Source: Gammaproteobacteria bacterium (GTDB taxonomy: Bacteria; Pseudomonadota; Gammaproteobacteria; Pseudomonadales; Pseudohongiellaceae). From it: 64,000 nt of DNA. The stretch is from the NCBI GenBank assembly GCA_030427065.1, contig JAUHWU010000001.1, positions 57,283 through 121,282 on the forward strand, given 5' to 3'. Under the pieces are notes generated by a model that worked only from the letters and a program-made list of their open reading frames with translations, had not been told where the DNA came from and made no database searches. Positions 41,198 through 51,959 of the stretch are shown piece by piece. The translations under genes and the position numbers were made by a program. Within the stretch, counting starts at the first letter, position 1. Every line of letters starts with the position of its first letter.

Positions 41198-42001
41198 CTA
41201 ATGCAGGATAGTAAAGTAAACTCCCAACGCCATCAGGGCGGTAATCAATATTCCCCGCATAATCTTGTCCGGAAACAGTGAACCCACGTGTGTACCCAGG
41301 TAGATACCAGGTAACGAGCCGGCAAGCAGAGAAAACAGCAAGATGAGATCCACCAGGTCATTGAACAGATAACCCAGGCCGGCCACCAGTGTCAGGGGAA
41401 CAGCGTGGGCTATATCAGTTCCAACCACAGATGTTGCTTTCCAGCCCGGATAAAACAGGAACAATATGGCGGCCCCGATTGCGCCAGCACCCACAGAGGT
41501 CAGGGTTACGCAAACCCCGAGCACCATGCCCAGCAAAACAGTCATTATCAGGGTCCTCCGGTGCTCAAGCCTTTCCCCTGAAGATTGACCGGAAAGCCGG
41601 GCAGGCAGCAAACGGTACTGAATCTGCTTTTGAAAGGTAATAACCATGGAGGTGAGTATCAACATGCCCCCCAGAAAAGCCGTCATCACGTTTTCATAGT
41701 CTTCTGAAGCACGCAGTTCGTCGTCTATGACAAAAAGAGAAATCCCTATGGAAACCGGAATACTGCCTGCAGCCAGCAGTGCCATAACCTGCCAGTTAAT
41801 GTTCTTCTTGCGCTGATGAAAGTAAATACCGCTAGCTTTGGTTAAAGCGGCATAAAGCAGATCAGTGCCGATTGCCACTGGTGCTGGATAGCCCATTAAT
41901 AACAAAATAGGGGTCATCAGAGAGCCCCCCCCCACACCGGTCAGGCCAATGGCGAAGCCCACCAGAGCGCCGGAAAAGACCAGAATAAAAAAGTCTGCCA
42001 T
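41198..42001 (-). CDS. TauE/SafE family sulfite-exporter-like membrane protein (DUF81)
   Basis: 267 aa, 7-8 TM, with duplicated GxGGG-containing halves (LTGVGGGSLMTPILL; TSVGAGAIGAAILF). Confidence 0.8.
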   Translation of the reverse strand: MADFFILVFSGALVGFAIGLTGVGGGSLMTPILLLMGYPAPVAIGTDLLYAALTKASGIYFHQRKKNINWQVMALLAAGSIPVSIGISLFVIDDELRASEDYENVMTAFLGGMLILTSMVITFQKQIQYRLLPARLSGQSSGERLEHRRTLIMTVLLGMVLGVCVTLTSVGAGAIGAAILFLFYPGWKATSVVGTDIAHAVPLTLVAGLGYLFNDLVDLILLFSLLAGSLPGIYLGTHVGSLFPDKIMRGILITALMALGVYFTILH

Positions 42002-42107
42002 TGTTTGTACTGCACGCCTGAATCAGTAAAAAAGGAGGACACTGTAGAGGAAAAGCTATATTCATAATAATAATATTTTGCTATATTTTTATAACTTTTT
42101 ATTATAA

Positions 42108-43100
<993 letters not shown>

Positions 43101-43120
43101 CAGGGTGGTACTAAACCGGA

Positions 43121-43873
43121 TCAATCAGAAGTTTTGGCTATCAGATTACCCTGATGCAGACCGCATTCTTTCGCCGTTGCTTCTTCCCACCACCAGCGGC
43201 CTTCACGTTCATGCTGGTTAGGCCTGACAGCCCGTGTGCAGGGCTCGCAGCCAATGCTTATGTAACCACGATCATGCAAGGCATTATAGGGAACATCAAA
43301 CATACGGATATATTGCCAGACCTGTTCCGAAGTCCAGTTGGCCAGGGGATTGAATTTGCTTAGTACTTTCTCATTGGAGGAAAAGGCATTATCGGCTTCA
43401 AGCACCGGAACTTCATTTCGAGTATCAGGGCTTTGATCGCGTCGCTGCCCGGTTATCCAGGCATCTAGAGAAGCCAGTTTGCGCCTGAGAGGCTCGATTT
43501 TACGGATACCGCAGCATTCGTGGTGATCGCCTTCATAAAAGCTGAACAGGCCTTTGCTTGACACAAAAGCCTCCAGTTTCTCTTTATCCGGGAACATGAT
43601 CTCTATATTGATATGGTAATGTTTGCGGACTTTTTCAATAAACTCATAGGTTTCAGGGTGCAAACGTCCGGTATCAAGGGTAAAAACCTGCACTGTCTTG
43701 CCCAGTTTTTTAGCCGCCTTTGTTGCCATATCAATGAGCACAACATCCTCAGCCCCGCTAAAAGATATCGCGATACGGTCGAATTGTTGCAAAGCAAAAT
43801 TAATAATATCTCTGGGTTCCTTGTCCGCATACTCACAAGCCAGTTCGTTAATTTTGTCAGTAGGTAAAGGCAT
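43121..43873 (-). CDS. cysH: Adenosine 5'-phosphosulfate (APS)/PAPS reductase, Fe-S cluster type
   Basis: ECGLH C-terminal motif plus the Cys set CCGIRK...CEPCT, typical of assimilatory APS reductases of the Pseudomonas type. Confidence 0.9.
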   Translation of the reverse strand: MPLPTDKINELACEYADKEPRDIINFALQQFDRIAISFSGAEDVVLIDMATKAAKKLGKTVQVFTLDTGRLHPETYEFIEKVRKHYHINIEIMFPDKEKLEAFVSSKGLFSFYEGDHHECCGIRKIEPLRRKLASLDAWITGQRRDQSPDTRNEVPVLEADNAFSSNEKVLSKFNPLANWTSEQVWQYIRMFDVPYNALHDRGYISIGCEPCTRAVRPNQHEREGRWWWEEATAKECGLHQGNLIAKTSD

Positions 43874-44220
43874 TTGTAGTAGTTACCACGCTAGTTTAAA
43901 AAAGTCGCCATTGTACAATGTGGCGATACTACTTGAAATCGCAATTTTTACAATCACTTAGCTAACAAACCTTAACTTTTTCTTAAACATGGTTCCACGT
44001 GAAAAAAACCATAAAAATTAATGACTTAGCAACGAAAAATAAGGATTATGCTCAAAGTATAGTGTTATTTGCTGACAAGACCACTACATGTAGTGTTTGT
44101 CACTTAAAAAAAGCAAGGCCGTGCCGATTGCATGAATTCGGTGAAACAGAGAGAATGGCGTTTTTCATTTTCACCGTCTCAATTCATTCGCAATTGATCA
44201 AATAACATAAGGAGTTTTCA

Positions 44221-44838
44221 TTGGAAATAGCCTGCCTGGATCTGGAAGGGGTCCTTATTCCTGAAATCTGGATAGCATTTGCCGAAAAAACCGGCATCGA
44301 GGCGCTTCGTGCCACTACCCGGGACATACCCGATTACGATCAGTTGATGCAACAGCGCCTGCGTCTGCTTGCCCGGCACAAGCTGGGTTATCAGGAAATC
44401 CAGGAAGTGATTACCACCCTTGAACCCCTTGAAGGAGCCGTCGAATTCATTAACTGGCTCAAGGAACGCTTTCAGGTGGTCATTCTGTCAGATACCTTCT
44501 ACGAATTTTCGCAGCCGCTCATGCGTCATCTGGGGTTTCCGACCCTGCTTTGCCACAGACTCGACATTGGTCCAGACGGACGCGTAGAAGACTATAAAAT
44601 CCGTCAAAAAGATCCAAAGCGCCAGTCCGTCAAGGCTTTCCATGGACTTAACTATCGCGTCATTGCTGCCGGCGATTCCTACAATGACACTACTATGCTT
44701 GCAGAAGCCGATCAGGGCATACTGTTCATGGCGCCTGACAACGTAGTGGAAGAGTTTCCCCAGTTCCCTGCGGTGTTTTCCTATACAGACCTGAAAAAGG
44801 AATTTATCAAGGCCAGTGAGCGAAACCTAGAGCTCTGA
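44221..44838 (+). CDS. thrH: Phosphoserine phosphatase / homoserine phosphotransferase ThrH-like HAD hydrolase
   Basis: MEIACLDLEGVLIPEIWIAFAEKTGI...AAGDSYNDTTML matches the ThrH pattern. TTG start. Confidence 0.8.
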   Translation: MEIACLDLEGVLIPEIWIAFAEKTGIEALRATTRDIPDYDQLMQQRLRLLARHKLGYQEIQEVITTLEPLEGAVEFINWLKERFQVVILSDTFYEFSQPLMRHLGFPTLLCHRLDIGPDGRVEDYKIRQKDPKRQSVKAFHGLNYRVIAAGDSYNDTTMLAEADQGILFMAPDNVVEEFPQFPAVFSYTDLKKEFIKASERNLEL

Positions 44839-45414
44839 GCCAGAGTTAAGATGCACTGCGAGCCCGCGTAGCATCTTCGCGGTGGCGCCCCAGATGTAAT
44901 AGTCTTTATGCTGAAGATAATAAAAGTCGCGGCGTATACCGCCTTTTTCCAGAAAATCCATTTGGTAACAGGATAGGTCGTTAGCCAGCGACAGGGGGAT
45001 GGAAAAGATTTCCTCCACCTCGGCGGGGTTTGCTGTCAGTACAGGCAAGCGTTCCACCACGCCAACCACCGGAGCAATGGCAAAGCCGGAGGGCAGGGTA
45101 GTCGTTTCCAGTATCCCCAGAATTTCTATCCCATTTTCCTGAAGGTCAATTTCTTCGCGTGCTTCTCGTAGCGCAGTATAAACCGGATCGGTGTCGGACT
45201 CGTCCACGGTACCGCCTGGAAAGCTGATTTGCCCGGCATGATTTGCCAACGTGCGACAGCGGCGAGTCAGAATTATTTCGGGTTCGTAAATTCCCTGATA
45301 TACAAGAATCAACACTGCCGCCAAACGGTGTCTGTCACGGTATTGCTCAAGAGTATGATCACTTCCTAGATCAAAGGTCAGGCGTTTCAGTTCGGCGATG
45401 GATAATACTGTCAT
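44827..45414 (-). CDS. nudL: CoA pyrophosphatase-type Nudix hydrolase
   Basis: LTRR...HAGQISFPGG followed by the Nudix box GGTVDESDTDPVYTALREAREEIDL. Confidence 0.75.
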   Translation of the reverse strand: MTVLSIAELKRLTFDLGSDHTLEQYRDRHRLAAVLILVYQGIYEPEIILTRRCRTLANHAGQISFPGGTVDESDTDPVYTALREAREEIDLQENGIEILGILETTTLPSGFAIAPVVGVVERLPVLTANPAEVEEIFSIPLSLANDLSCYQMDFLEKGGIRRDFYYLQHKDYYIWGATAKMLRGLAVHLNSGSEL

Positions 45415-45455
45415 GGCAAGTATTTTGTTCCTGTGAAACCGGGAGTGCCCGCAGG

Positions 45456-46868
45456 TCAGAAATCAGTGCTTAGTGCATCCATGAAAAGATTAATTTTATC
45501 GAGGCTTTCCTGGTACTCCTGTTCGCCTACAGAGTCTGCAACGACGCCACCTCCCCCCCAACAATGTATCTTTTCATCTTCCTTGACCAGAGTACGAATG
45601 CAAATATTACTGTCCATGTTGCCGGAGAAATCAATCCAGGAAAAAGCGCCGCAATAAACCGAACGCATAACACTTTCAAGTTCATTGATGATTTCCATGG
45701 CACGAATTTTTGGGGTGCCGGTAATCGAGCCACCGGGGAAACCTGCCTTTAACAGCGTAAAGACATCATCAACCTCTGTCAGGGTCCCGGTAATCGTGCT
45801 GACCAGATGATGAACATTGGTAAAACTTTGTGTCTCAAAAAGATCAGATACTTTTATGCTGCCAGTTTCACAGATCCTGCCAAGATCATTGCGCAACAGA
45901 TCAACAATCATAAGGTTTTCAGCTTTGTCCTTGAGGCTGCTTTCCAGGTCTTCACGGTTTAGCAAATCAGTTGCAGCATCCTTGCTCCTGGGGCGCGTCC
46001 CTTTAATAGGCTGCGTCATCACCTGGCGGTTTTTTACCTGAATGAATCTCTCCGGCGAAAACGACATAACGGCCTGATTATCATCTTCCATAAACGCTGC
46101 AAAAGGCGCTTTGGCAATGGTCTGAAGCCGTGTGAACGCAGTATAGGGATCCCCTGAACAGGAGGCGGTGAAGCGCTGGGTAAGGTTAACCTGATAACAA
46201 TCGCCTGCAAGAATGTAATCGATTACCCGCTGATAGGCTGCCTGATATTCATCACGGGAAAAGTTTGAGATGAATTCTCCGACTAGAGAAAAAGTCCCTG
46301 ACGGGGTTTCGCAATTTTTCTCCAGTGCCGCAAGCACGGCTGTGCGGGTGGCCTGCGGACAGCTTTCCCGAATCACAAGGTGCGTTAACTGCTTGAGATG
46401 ATCAATGACAATGACCCAGGAGTAAATTCCAATCAGCATATCCGGCAAATTAATGTCACGGGATCGATCGTCATTAATCGGAATCCATGGGTGCAATAAT
46501 TCATAGCCAAAATAACCAATGGCGCCACCGGTAAAAGGCAGATCCTCAGTACGCCGGGTTTTACTTTCCAGGGGAAATTCCTGACAAAGTACGTCAAGGG
46601 GGTTGCCGGTACTCGTGACGCTTTCTTTTCCGGGCTCTTCAATTAACGTGGTTTCTCCACGTGTGCGCAATACCTTGTCAGGGGCCGCACTGATATATTC
46701 AAAACGACTGTCTTTTCTCTCCCTGTCATCGCCGCTAGCCAGCAGGACAGGAAGAGGGAGATGCCGGATTTTTTTGAAAACCGGGTATGGCGTAATTTCG
46801 TAGGGCAGGGAAATTACTGAATAATTTTGATCTGGCGCCATTGTCAGGGGGTTTTTTTTCAAGGGCAA
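45456..46868 (-). CDS. pabB: Aminodeoxychorismate synthase component I
   Basis: Chorismate-binding domain with FPGGSITGTPK and GAFSWIDFSGNMDSNICIRT. Confidence 0.88.
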   Translation of the reverse strand: MPLKKNPLTMAPDQNYSVISLPYEITPYPVFKKIRHLPLPVLLASGDDRERKDSRFEYISAAPDKVLRTRGETTLIEEPGKESVTSTGNPLDVLCQEFPLESKTRRTEDLPFTGGAIGYFGYELLHPWIPINDDRSRDINLPDMLIGIYSWVIVIDHLKQLTHLVIRESCPQATRTAVLAALEKNCETPSGTFSLVGEFISNFSRDEYQAAYQRVIDYILAGDCYQVNLTQRFTASCSGDPYTAFTRLQTIAKAPFAAFMEDDNQAVMSFSPERFIQVKNRQVMTQPIKGTRPRSKDAATDLLNREDLESSLKDKAENLMIVDLLRNDLGRICETGSIKVSDLFETQSFTNVHHLVSTITGTLTEVDDVFTLLKAGFPGGSITGTPKIRAMEIINELESVMRSVYCGAFSWIDFSGNMDSNICIRTLVKEDEKIHCWGGGGVVADSVGEQEYQESLDKINLFMDALSTDF

Positions 46869-47197
46869 TTAGTCGGTCTGGGCAAGCCGGCAATTTTACA
46901 GGCAATCAGGGCCGGATACTCTGGAAAAAGCCTCATCAGATAGAGGCTGCTGCCTTTTTCTGGACCATAATGTTCCTTCATCTGCTTGACCAGAATTCTC
47001 ATCATCGGTGACAGGTCATGTTGGGCATAAAATTCTCTTAGCAGGGTAATTACTTCCCAATGCTCATCAGAAAGAGCTATTTGTTCCCTTGCCGCTATTG
47101 CGACGGCCACCTCAACTGTCCAATCAGCAAGATTGACAAGATAGCCCTGTTTATCCAGAGCGATTCGCTTGCCGGCAAGTTCAAGTTCGTCAGGCAT
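46859..47197 (-). CDS. tusE: TusE/DsrC family sulfur-relay protein (C-terminal Cys-X10-Cys arm)
   Basis: ...HWEVITLLREFY...LMRLFP...IACKIAGLPRPTNCP. Lies directly downstream of tusD-C-B homologues. 10-nt overlap with pabB. Confidence 0.85.
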   Translation of the reverse strand: MPDELELAGKRIALDKQGYLVNLADWTVEVAVAIAAREQIALSDEHWEVITLLREFYAQHDLSPMMRILVKQMKEHYGPEKGSSLYLMRLFPEYPALIACKIAGLPRPTNCP

Positions 47198-47215
47198 AGT
47201 GCAACTATTCCAGTC

Positions 47216-47512
47216 TCAGCCCCAGCTAATAACTTTCTCGTATTCAAGTGAAAGTGAAACGAAACCTGGCCAGTCAATTGGCTCAAAAAAGGGCAGCATT
47301 CTGTCAGAAATACCCCGGGCTGCCAAATCATTGACCATGGCATATTTTTTAATATCAGGGGCTACGCTGTTCCAGAGAGTTTTATTTTTCTTACTATCCA
47401 AAGCGGCATATACCCCGTCTTCAATTAACAAGACGGCATCTTCTTCACTGAGCAGTGACAGACAACGTTCCAGGGTTTCATTATTCTTGTTGATAGTGTG
47501 CAGAATCATCAA
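47216..47512 (-). CDS. tusB: Sulfurtransferase complex subunit TusB/DsrH
   Basis: 98 aa, MILHTINK...EDAVLLIEDGVYAAL. Third gene of the DsrE/F/H-like trio. Confidence 0.8.
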   Translation of the reverse strand: MMILHTINKNNETLERCLSLLSEEDAVLLIEDGVYAALDSKKNKTLWNSVAPDIKKYAMVNDLAARGISDRMLPFFEPIDWPGFVSLSLEYEKVISWG

Positions 47513-47892
47513 AACACCATTACCTGATCAGCGCCAGCAATCAATCTTTTTATATCATCGCTTGTAACTACTTCAACGGCTTCGACGAACCCGGCCGGAT
47601 CAAGATCATGTTTATCCACAGATTCCTGGTGCACCATAACCCGGTTAACCTCATAAAGCTTGAGCGCCGTGATGATCTTGCCAATATTTTTCATCTCTCC
47701 GGCATCAGTCTGCTGGCCCTTCAGAAGTTGCATCACTCCTGCGTCCATAAAGACTATTGAAACTTTCTGCTCAAAAGCTGCGGCAGTCAGTGCAAGGTCC
47801 AGGGCTGCACGCGCCTGGTGGCTGCCATAGGGAGACGAACGGGCTATGATGAGATAGGAGTGGGCGGTATGAGTTTGAGGGGAAGAGGGCAC
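47509..47892 (-). CDS. tusC: Sulfurtransferase complex subunit TusC/DsrF
   Basis: 127-aa DsrE/F-fold protein between the tusD and tusB homologues. 4-nt overlap with tusB. Confidence 0.8.
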   Translation of the reverse strand: MPSSPQTHTAHSYLIIARSSPYGSHQARAALDLALTAAAFEQKVSIVFMDAGVMQLLKGQQTDAGEMKNIGKIITALKLYEVNRVMVHQESVDKHDLDPAGFVEAVEVVTSDDIKRLIAGADQVMVF

Positions 47893-47902
47893 GGGTATTA
47901 GC

Positions 47903-48295
47903 CTACATCACAAAACTGACTACGCGATCTGACTGCCCGCAGGCATCAATCAACTGCCCGAGCCCGCTAACGGAAAAACCAGCCAACAGACTCTCCACAT
48001 TTTTTTCATAGCGATCAGCTTCGGCTTTATCAATAATGCCGCGTTTAAGTGCAGAAGCGGCGCAGACCACTGCATCGATTTCATGTTTTTTGATCAGTGC
48101 CTGCCATAGCCCGGGGATATCGATTTCATCCTGCGGTGGTACACAAAGGGAAGAGCCATTGCTGGCACCATCCTGGTAAAAAAACAAACGGACTATTTCA
48201 TGACCACAATCAAGCGCAGCTTCAGTAAAGCGAAGAGCTGAGAGCGAGGCATTTGCAGACCAGGGCGCACCATGGATAACTATGGAAAATTTCAT
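47903..48295 (-). CDS. tusD: Sulfurtransferase complex subunit TusD/DsrE
   Basis: MKFSIVIHGAPW...VVCAASALKRGI, with the conserved active Cys context of TusD/DsrE. Confidence 0.85.
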   Translation of the reverse strand: MKFSIVIHGAPWSANASLSALRFTEAALDCGHEIVRLFFYQDGASNGSSLCVPPQDEIDIPGLWQALIKKHEIDAVVCAASALKRGIIDKAEADRYEKNVESLLAGFSVSGLGQLIDACGQSDRVVSFVM

Positions 48296-48401
48296 TGGTC
48301 GAAGAGTTTAGCGGCTATACGCTACTACTGGCTATAACAAAAATTCTTGAATTTAATGTCATGTAAGTGAACGTATTAAATTAATCATCGATATCTGGCG
48401 A

Positions 48402-48432
48402 TAAAAAGCCCTGCGTGAGAGGCAGGGCTTTT
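48402..48432 (-). terminator. Rho-independent terminator downstream of the yccA-like gene
   Basis: 10-bp stem AAAGCCCTGC / GCAGGGCTTT with a 7-nt loop. On the minus strand it is followed by TTTTTAT. Confidence 0.7.
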
Positions 48433-48473
48433 CGGTGGTTGTGAAACGTCTAAATAACTTTTACCGGACTTTT

Positions 48474-49169
48474 TCAGTCCCTGCTACCTGACAATACCGC
48501 CAGCAAATGCAGCAGATGGACGAAAATATTGTAGATATTCAGATACAGGCCCACGGTAGCGCGAATATAGTTTGTTTCACCACCATGAATGATTCTGCTG
48601 GTATCAAACAGAATCAAAGCGGACATGATCATGATGACTGCTGAAGAAATCGCCAGAGAAAGGGCTGGAATTTGCAGAAATAAATTGGCCAGCATAGCAA
48701 CGACGACAACAATCAAACCGGTAAAAAGGAAACCCCGCATAAAGCTGAAATCCTTACGCGTGGTCAGTGCATAACCTGACAGGGTAAGGAAGATCAGGCC
48801 GGTTCCACCCATGGCCTGCATTATCAACATTGGTCCATTGGCGAAGGCTGCTACATAATAATTGAGCATGGGCCCCAGAGAGGCACCAAGACAGCCCGTA
48901 AAGGCAAAGATAGCAATGAGGCCCGTGGAAGAGTCTGCGGACTTGTGTACCCAGAATAAAAGGCCAAAACTGACCAGCATGAGAATAAGAGCTGCACCCT
49001 GGGGAATATTCATGGCCATGGAAATGCCTGCCGTTACGGCACTGAAAAGCAGGGTCATGGAAAGCAGCAAATAGGTATTCTTTAATACCTTGTTTGTGGC
49101 AAGGATGGCCTCCTGACTTTTGTAGCCAGCACCAATCTGGTTGTGTGCCCTGTAACCATAATCACTCAT
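48474..49169 (-). CDS. yccA: BAX inhibitor-1/YccA family membrane protein
   Basis: 231 aa, 7 TM, YccA-like N-terminus (...VLKNTYLLLSMTL) and basic C-terminus. yccA-tRNA-Ser adjacency as in E. coli. Confidence 0.85.
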   Translation of the reverse strand: MSDYGYRAHNQIGAGYKSQEAILATNKVLKNTYLLLSMTLLFSAVTAGISMAMNIPQGAALILMLVSFGLLFWVHKSADSSTGLIAIFAFTGCLGASLGPMLNYYVAAFANGPMLIMQAMGGTGLIFLTLSGYALTTRKDFSFMRGFLFTGLIVVVVAMLANLFLQIPALSLAISSAVIMIMSALILFDTSRIIHGGETNYIRATVGLYLNIYNIFVHLLHLLAVLSGSRD

Positions 49170-49324
49170 TTTTTAACTCCGTAAATAGTAGGATATTGAC
49201 TTGATTCATTTACTTAAAATGGGGATACATCCCCAAAAATCAATGGATTCATCATACTTAGACCGGGTTTAAAAGCAAGAAGTTTCAAGTTAGTAGATAA
49301 TCGTTTTTTTCAGCCAGTTTCTGG

Positions 49325-49352
49325 TTGACTGAAACAATGATTAAGGTAAGAT
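49325..49352 (+). promoter_or_regulatory. Candidate sigma70 promoter for tRNA-Ser (TTGACT-16 nt-TAAGAT, GC-rich discriminator)
   Basis: TTGACT at 49325-49330 and TAAGAT at 49347-49352, then TCACCCC. The tRNA starts 14 nt downstream of the -10 element. Confidence 0.4.
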
Positions 49353-49365
49353 TCACCCCTTTCGC

Positions 49366-49456
49366 GGAGGGGTGGCAGAGCGGTTGAATGCACCGGTCTT
49401 GAAAACCGGCATAGGTTAATAGCCTATCGAGAGTTCGAATCTCTCCTCCTCCGCCA
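49366..49456 (+). tRNA. serT: tRNA-Ser (anticodon TGA)
   Basis: Acceptor GGAGGGG/CTCCTCC (one G-U pair), anticodon loop CTTGAAA, long variable arm CATAGGTTAATAGCCTATC, T-loop TTCGAAT, CCA. Confidence 0.92.
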
Positions 49457-49463
49457 TAAATAC

Positions 49464-49491
49464 AAAACCCGGCTTTTGAGCCGGGTTTTTT
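49464..49491. terminator. Bidirectional rho-independent terminator shared by tRNA-Ser (+) and prc (-)
   Basis: Stem AAAACCCGGCT / AGCCGGGTTTT with a TTTG loop. T6 run on the plus strand and a TTTTGTATTT tail on the minus strand. Confidence 0.8.
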
Positions 49492-49538
49492 ATTGCGTTG
49501 TATTTTTTATGGGCTATCTTATGGACTACCCAACACAC

Positions 49539-51734
49539 TTACTGGTTTCTCAGCGCCAGGGAGACATCGCCTTCCTGCAAGCTCAGCATATCGAGCAGTA
49601 TTTTCCCGCTCTCAAGTAGATAAGGGTCGGCATCCTCGTCATCTTCACTGATGAGCTCGTCAGGCACCACTGGATCGATTCCTGCCAAATTCGCAATGAC
49701 TTTCTCTTCATCATCAGCACCTTCGTCCATTGCGTCAACGGATTCAAACGGTTCCTGGCCCTTGGCAAGACGCCGTGTATTCGTAATCTGTAAGCGCCAC
49801 TGATCAGATTCTTCACGCTCGGCAATTAAATCCGCTTCATTAAGAGTCAGTTGATTTTTCTCCTTATTTTCCAGGGCTCGTGTTATTTGAGCCTCAATGA
49901 AAGTGAAGTCCGGATCAGACATACGACGATTTTCATGGGCGGTGTTTAATGCCGGCAATATGGCTTTCAGGTCGGAATAGGGGCGGTAGTAATTTGGATC
50001 GATAGTATCCCAGGGCAGGGCCGTGGGTAATGCGCTTTCGCCAATACCATCAGCTGTGTCATAGAGATCAGGCATCATAATATCCGGCATCACGCCCTTA
50101 TGCTGAGTGCTCTCGCCTGAAATACGATAAAACTTGGCTCGGGTAATCTTCATCTGACCTTCACCCAGCGGTATCAATTCCTGGACCGTGCCCTTGCCAA
50201 AAGTCTGACTGCCAAGCACTATGCCGCGCTGGTAATCCTGAATAGCGCCAGCAAAAATCTCTGAAGCTGATGCGCTGAGTCGATTCACCAGCACTGCTAA
50301 AGGACCGTCATAAACCAGCTCAGGATCCGAATCACCCTGGACAATGTTGTTACCATCAGCATCGCGCACCTGCACTGTAGGCCCGCGGCGAATAAACAAG
50401 CCAACAAGCGAGTTGGCTTCGGACAATGAACCACCGCCATTACGGCGCAGATCAACAACGACGCCTTCGACACCTTCTGCTTTTAATTCTTCCAGAAGAT
50501 TGCGCACATCGCGGGTGCTGCTGCGATAATTGGGATCACGGCGCTGAAGAGCTTCAAAGTCTATATAGAAAGTAGGGAGCTCAATGACGCCAATCTTGTG
50601 GGTTTCTCCACCATACTGGACTTCTACTATTTCTTTCTTCGCAGACTGATCTTCCAGTTTTACTGTATCGCGGGTAATCCTGATTTCCTTGCGTTCGAGA
50701 GATGAACCTGATGGCAATACCGAAAGGCGCACCACAGAGCCTTTTTCACCGCGGATCAGTTGCACAACATCATCAACGCGCCATCCCAGTACATCAACAT
50801 AAGGCATATCGCCCTGGGCAACACCGACGATTCGATCAGACGGCTGCAGTTCTCCTGCCAGATCAGCTGGGCCACCACTGACAATACTGACCACTTTTGT
50901 GTATTCGTCTTCCGTGGTGAGTACAGCCCCGATGCCCTCAAGTGACAGACGCATGCTCATATTGAAATTTTCAGCGGCTCTGGGGGCGTAATACTGGGTA
51001 TGCGGATCGACCGTCATGGTCATGGCATCCATATAGCGCTGGTAAACGTCCAGACCATTGGTTTTGAGTACCTGGCTTAACTGGGAACGATAGCGTTTGC
51101 TCAGTTCTTCGCGAATATCTGGTATGGTTTTATCTTTCTCATCCAGCTTCATCGACAATACACTGCTTTTGATTCGCTTGCGCCATAAGTCAGTCAGTTC
51201 AGCTTCGTCTGCAGGCCAGGGGGCTTCGGAACGATCAACGATAATGAACTCGTCAACGGTGAAATCAAACTCAGTCGGATCTTCCTCAATACGCTTGAGG
51301 CTATAGACAAGTCTGTCCATCAGCCTTTCGCGGTAACGATTAAATATCAGATAGCCAAAATCAACATTGCCTGCCTGCAAGAGGTCATCCAGTTGCGTAC
51401 GGTACTGTTCAAACTCATTGATATCGGCCTGGGTAAAGTAGATTCGTGTGCCATCCAGCGTCTTTATAAAACTGTCCAGCATCTCACTGGAAAACTCATC
51501 ATTTAAATTAATGTCTGAATAATGGTTTCTGGTTAATTGCCGAATGATGTCCTGGGTGGTCTGGCTATAAGCCGGTTCAGGTTTTAATTCTTCGAAAATC
51601 ACATCCACATCAAGGGGTATATCCGCGGGCAGGTACAGCGGCTGTTGCGCCTGAACACCACTCAAACCCAGGATAGCGCTGAAAGCGAATATCAGGATGA
51701 GTGAAATAGAGCGATTCAATGTGCGATTCTTCAT
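49539..51734 (-). CDS. prc: Tail-specific (C-terminal processing) protease, peptidase S41
   Basis: Signal peptide MKNRTLNRSISLILIFAFSAILGLSGVQAQ, a PDZ region and the S41 core (RRNGGGSLSEA, SASASEIFAGA...GKGTVQ). The track ORF extends to a TTG at 51836, which is less likely. Confidence 0.9.
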   Translation of the reverse strand: MKNRTLNRSISLILIFAFSAILGLSGVQAQQPLYLPADIPLDVDVIFEELKPEPAYSQTTQDIIRQLTRNHYSDINLNDEFSSEMLDSFIKTLDGTRIYFTQADINEFEQYRTQLDDLLQAGNVDFGYLIFNRYRERLMDRLVYSLKRIEEDPTEFDFTVDEFIIVDRSEAPWPADEAELTDLWRKRIKSSVLSMKLDEKDKTIPDIREELSKRYRSQLSQVLKTNGLDVYQRYMDAMTMTVDPHTQYYAPRAAENFNMSMRLSLEGIGAVLTTEDEYTKVVSIVSGGPADLAGELQPSDRIVGVAQGDMPYVDVLGWRVDDVVQLIRGEKGSVVRLSVLPSGSSLERKEIRITRDTVKLEDQSAKKEIVEVQYGGETHKIGVIELPTFYIDFEALQRRDPNYRSSTRDVRNLLEELKAEGVEGVVVDLRRNGGGSLSEANSLVGLFIRRGPTVQVRDADGNNIVQGDSDPELVYDGPLAVLVNRLSASASEIFAGAIQDYQRGIVLGSQTFGKGTVQELIPLGEGQMKITRAKFYRISGESTQHKGVMPDIMMPDLYDTADGIGESALPTALPWDTIDPNYYRPYSDLKAILPALNTAHENRRMSDPDFTFIEAQITRALENKEKNQLTLNEADLIAEREESDQWRLQITNTRRLAKGQEPFESVDAMDEGADDEEKVIANLAGIDPVVPDELISEDDEDADPYLLESGKILLDMLSLQEGDVSLALRNQ

Positions 51735-51959
51735 AATACTGCCTTTATAATAGCGACTCTGTGATTCTTTGATTAAACCAGCTATGCGACGGTTGATCTT
51801 GAGTGGATCAGGAGCAGGGCGCCTGGCGCCGACCAAACCCTGTGTTTATAAAATTGCCTTACATCTTACTATCTTATGCCTGAATTTTGGCAAAAATATG
51901 TATTCTGTCTTCAGTTTGGGTTAAGTGCGGCATATTCAAGGGAATGTACGTAAATATTA

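Noticed and set aside
43999-44205. A 68-aa plus-strand ORF in the cysH/thrH intergenic region.
   Set aside because: It has no recognisable family. It spans the palindromic operator-like sites, and its composition is typical of AT-rich noncoding DNA.
46859-48295. The possibility that dsrEFHC here marks a dissimilatory sulfur-oxidation (rDsr) locus.
   Set aside because: No dsrAB or dsrMKJOP is adjacent. The flanking yccA-tRNA-Ser synteny is that of E. coli tusE, so tRNA 2-thiouridine relay (tusBCDE) is the conservative call. The two-Cys arm is reported separately as a finding.
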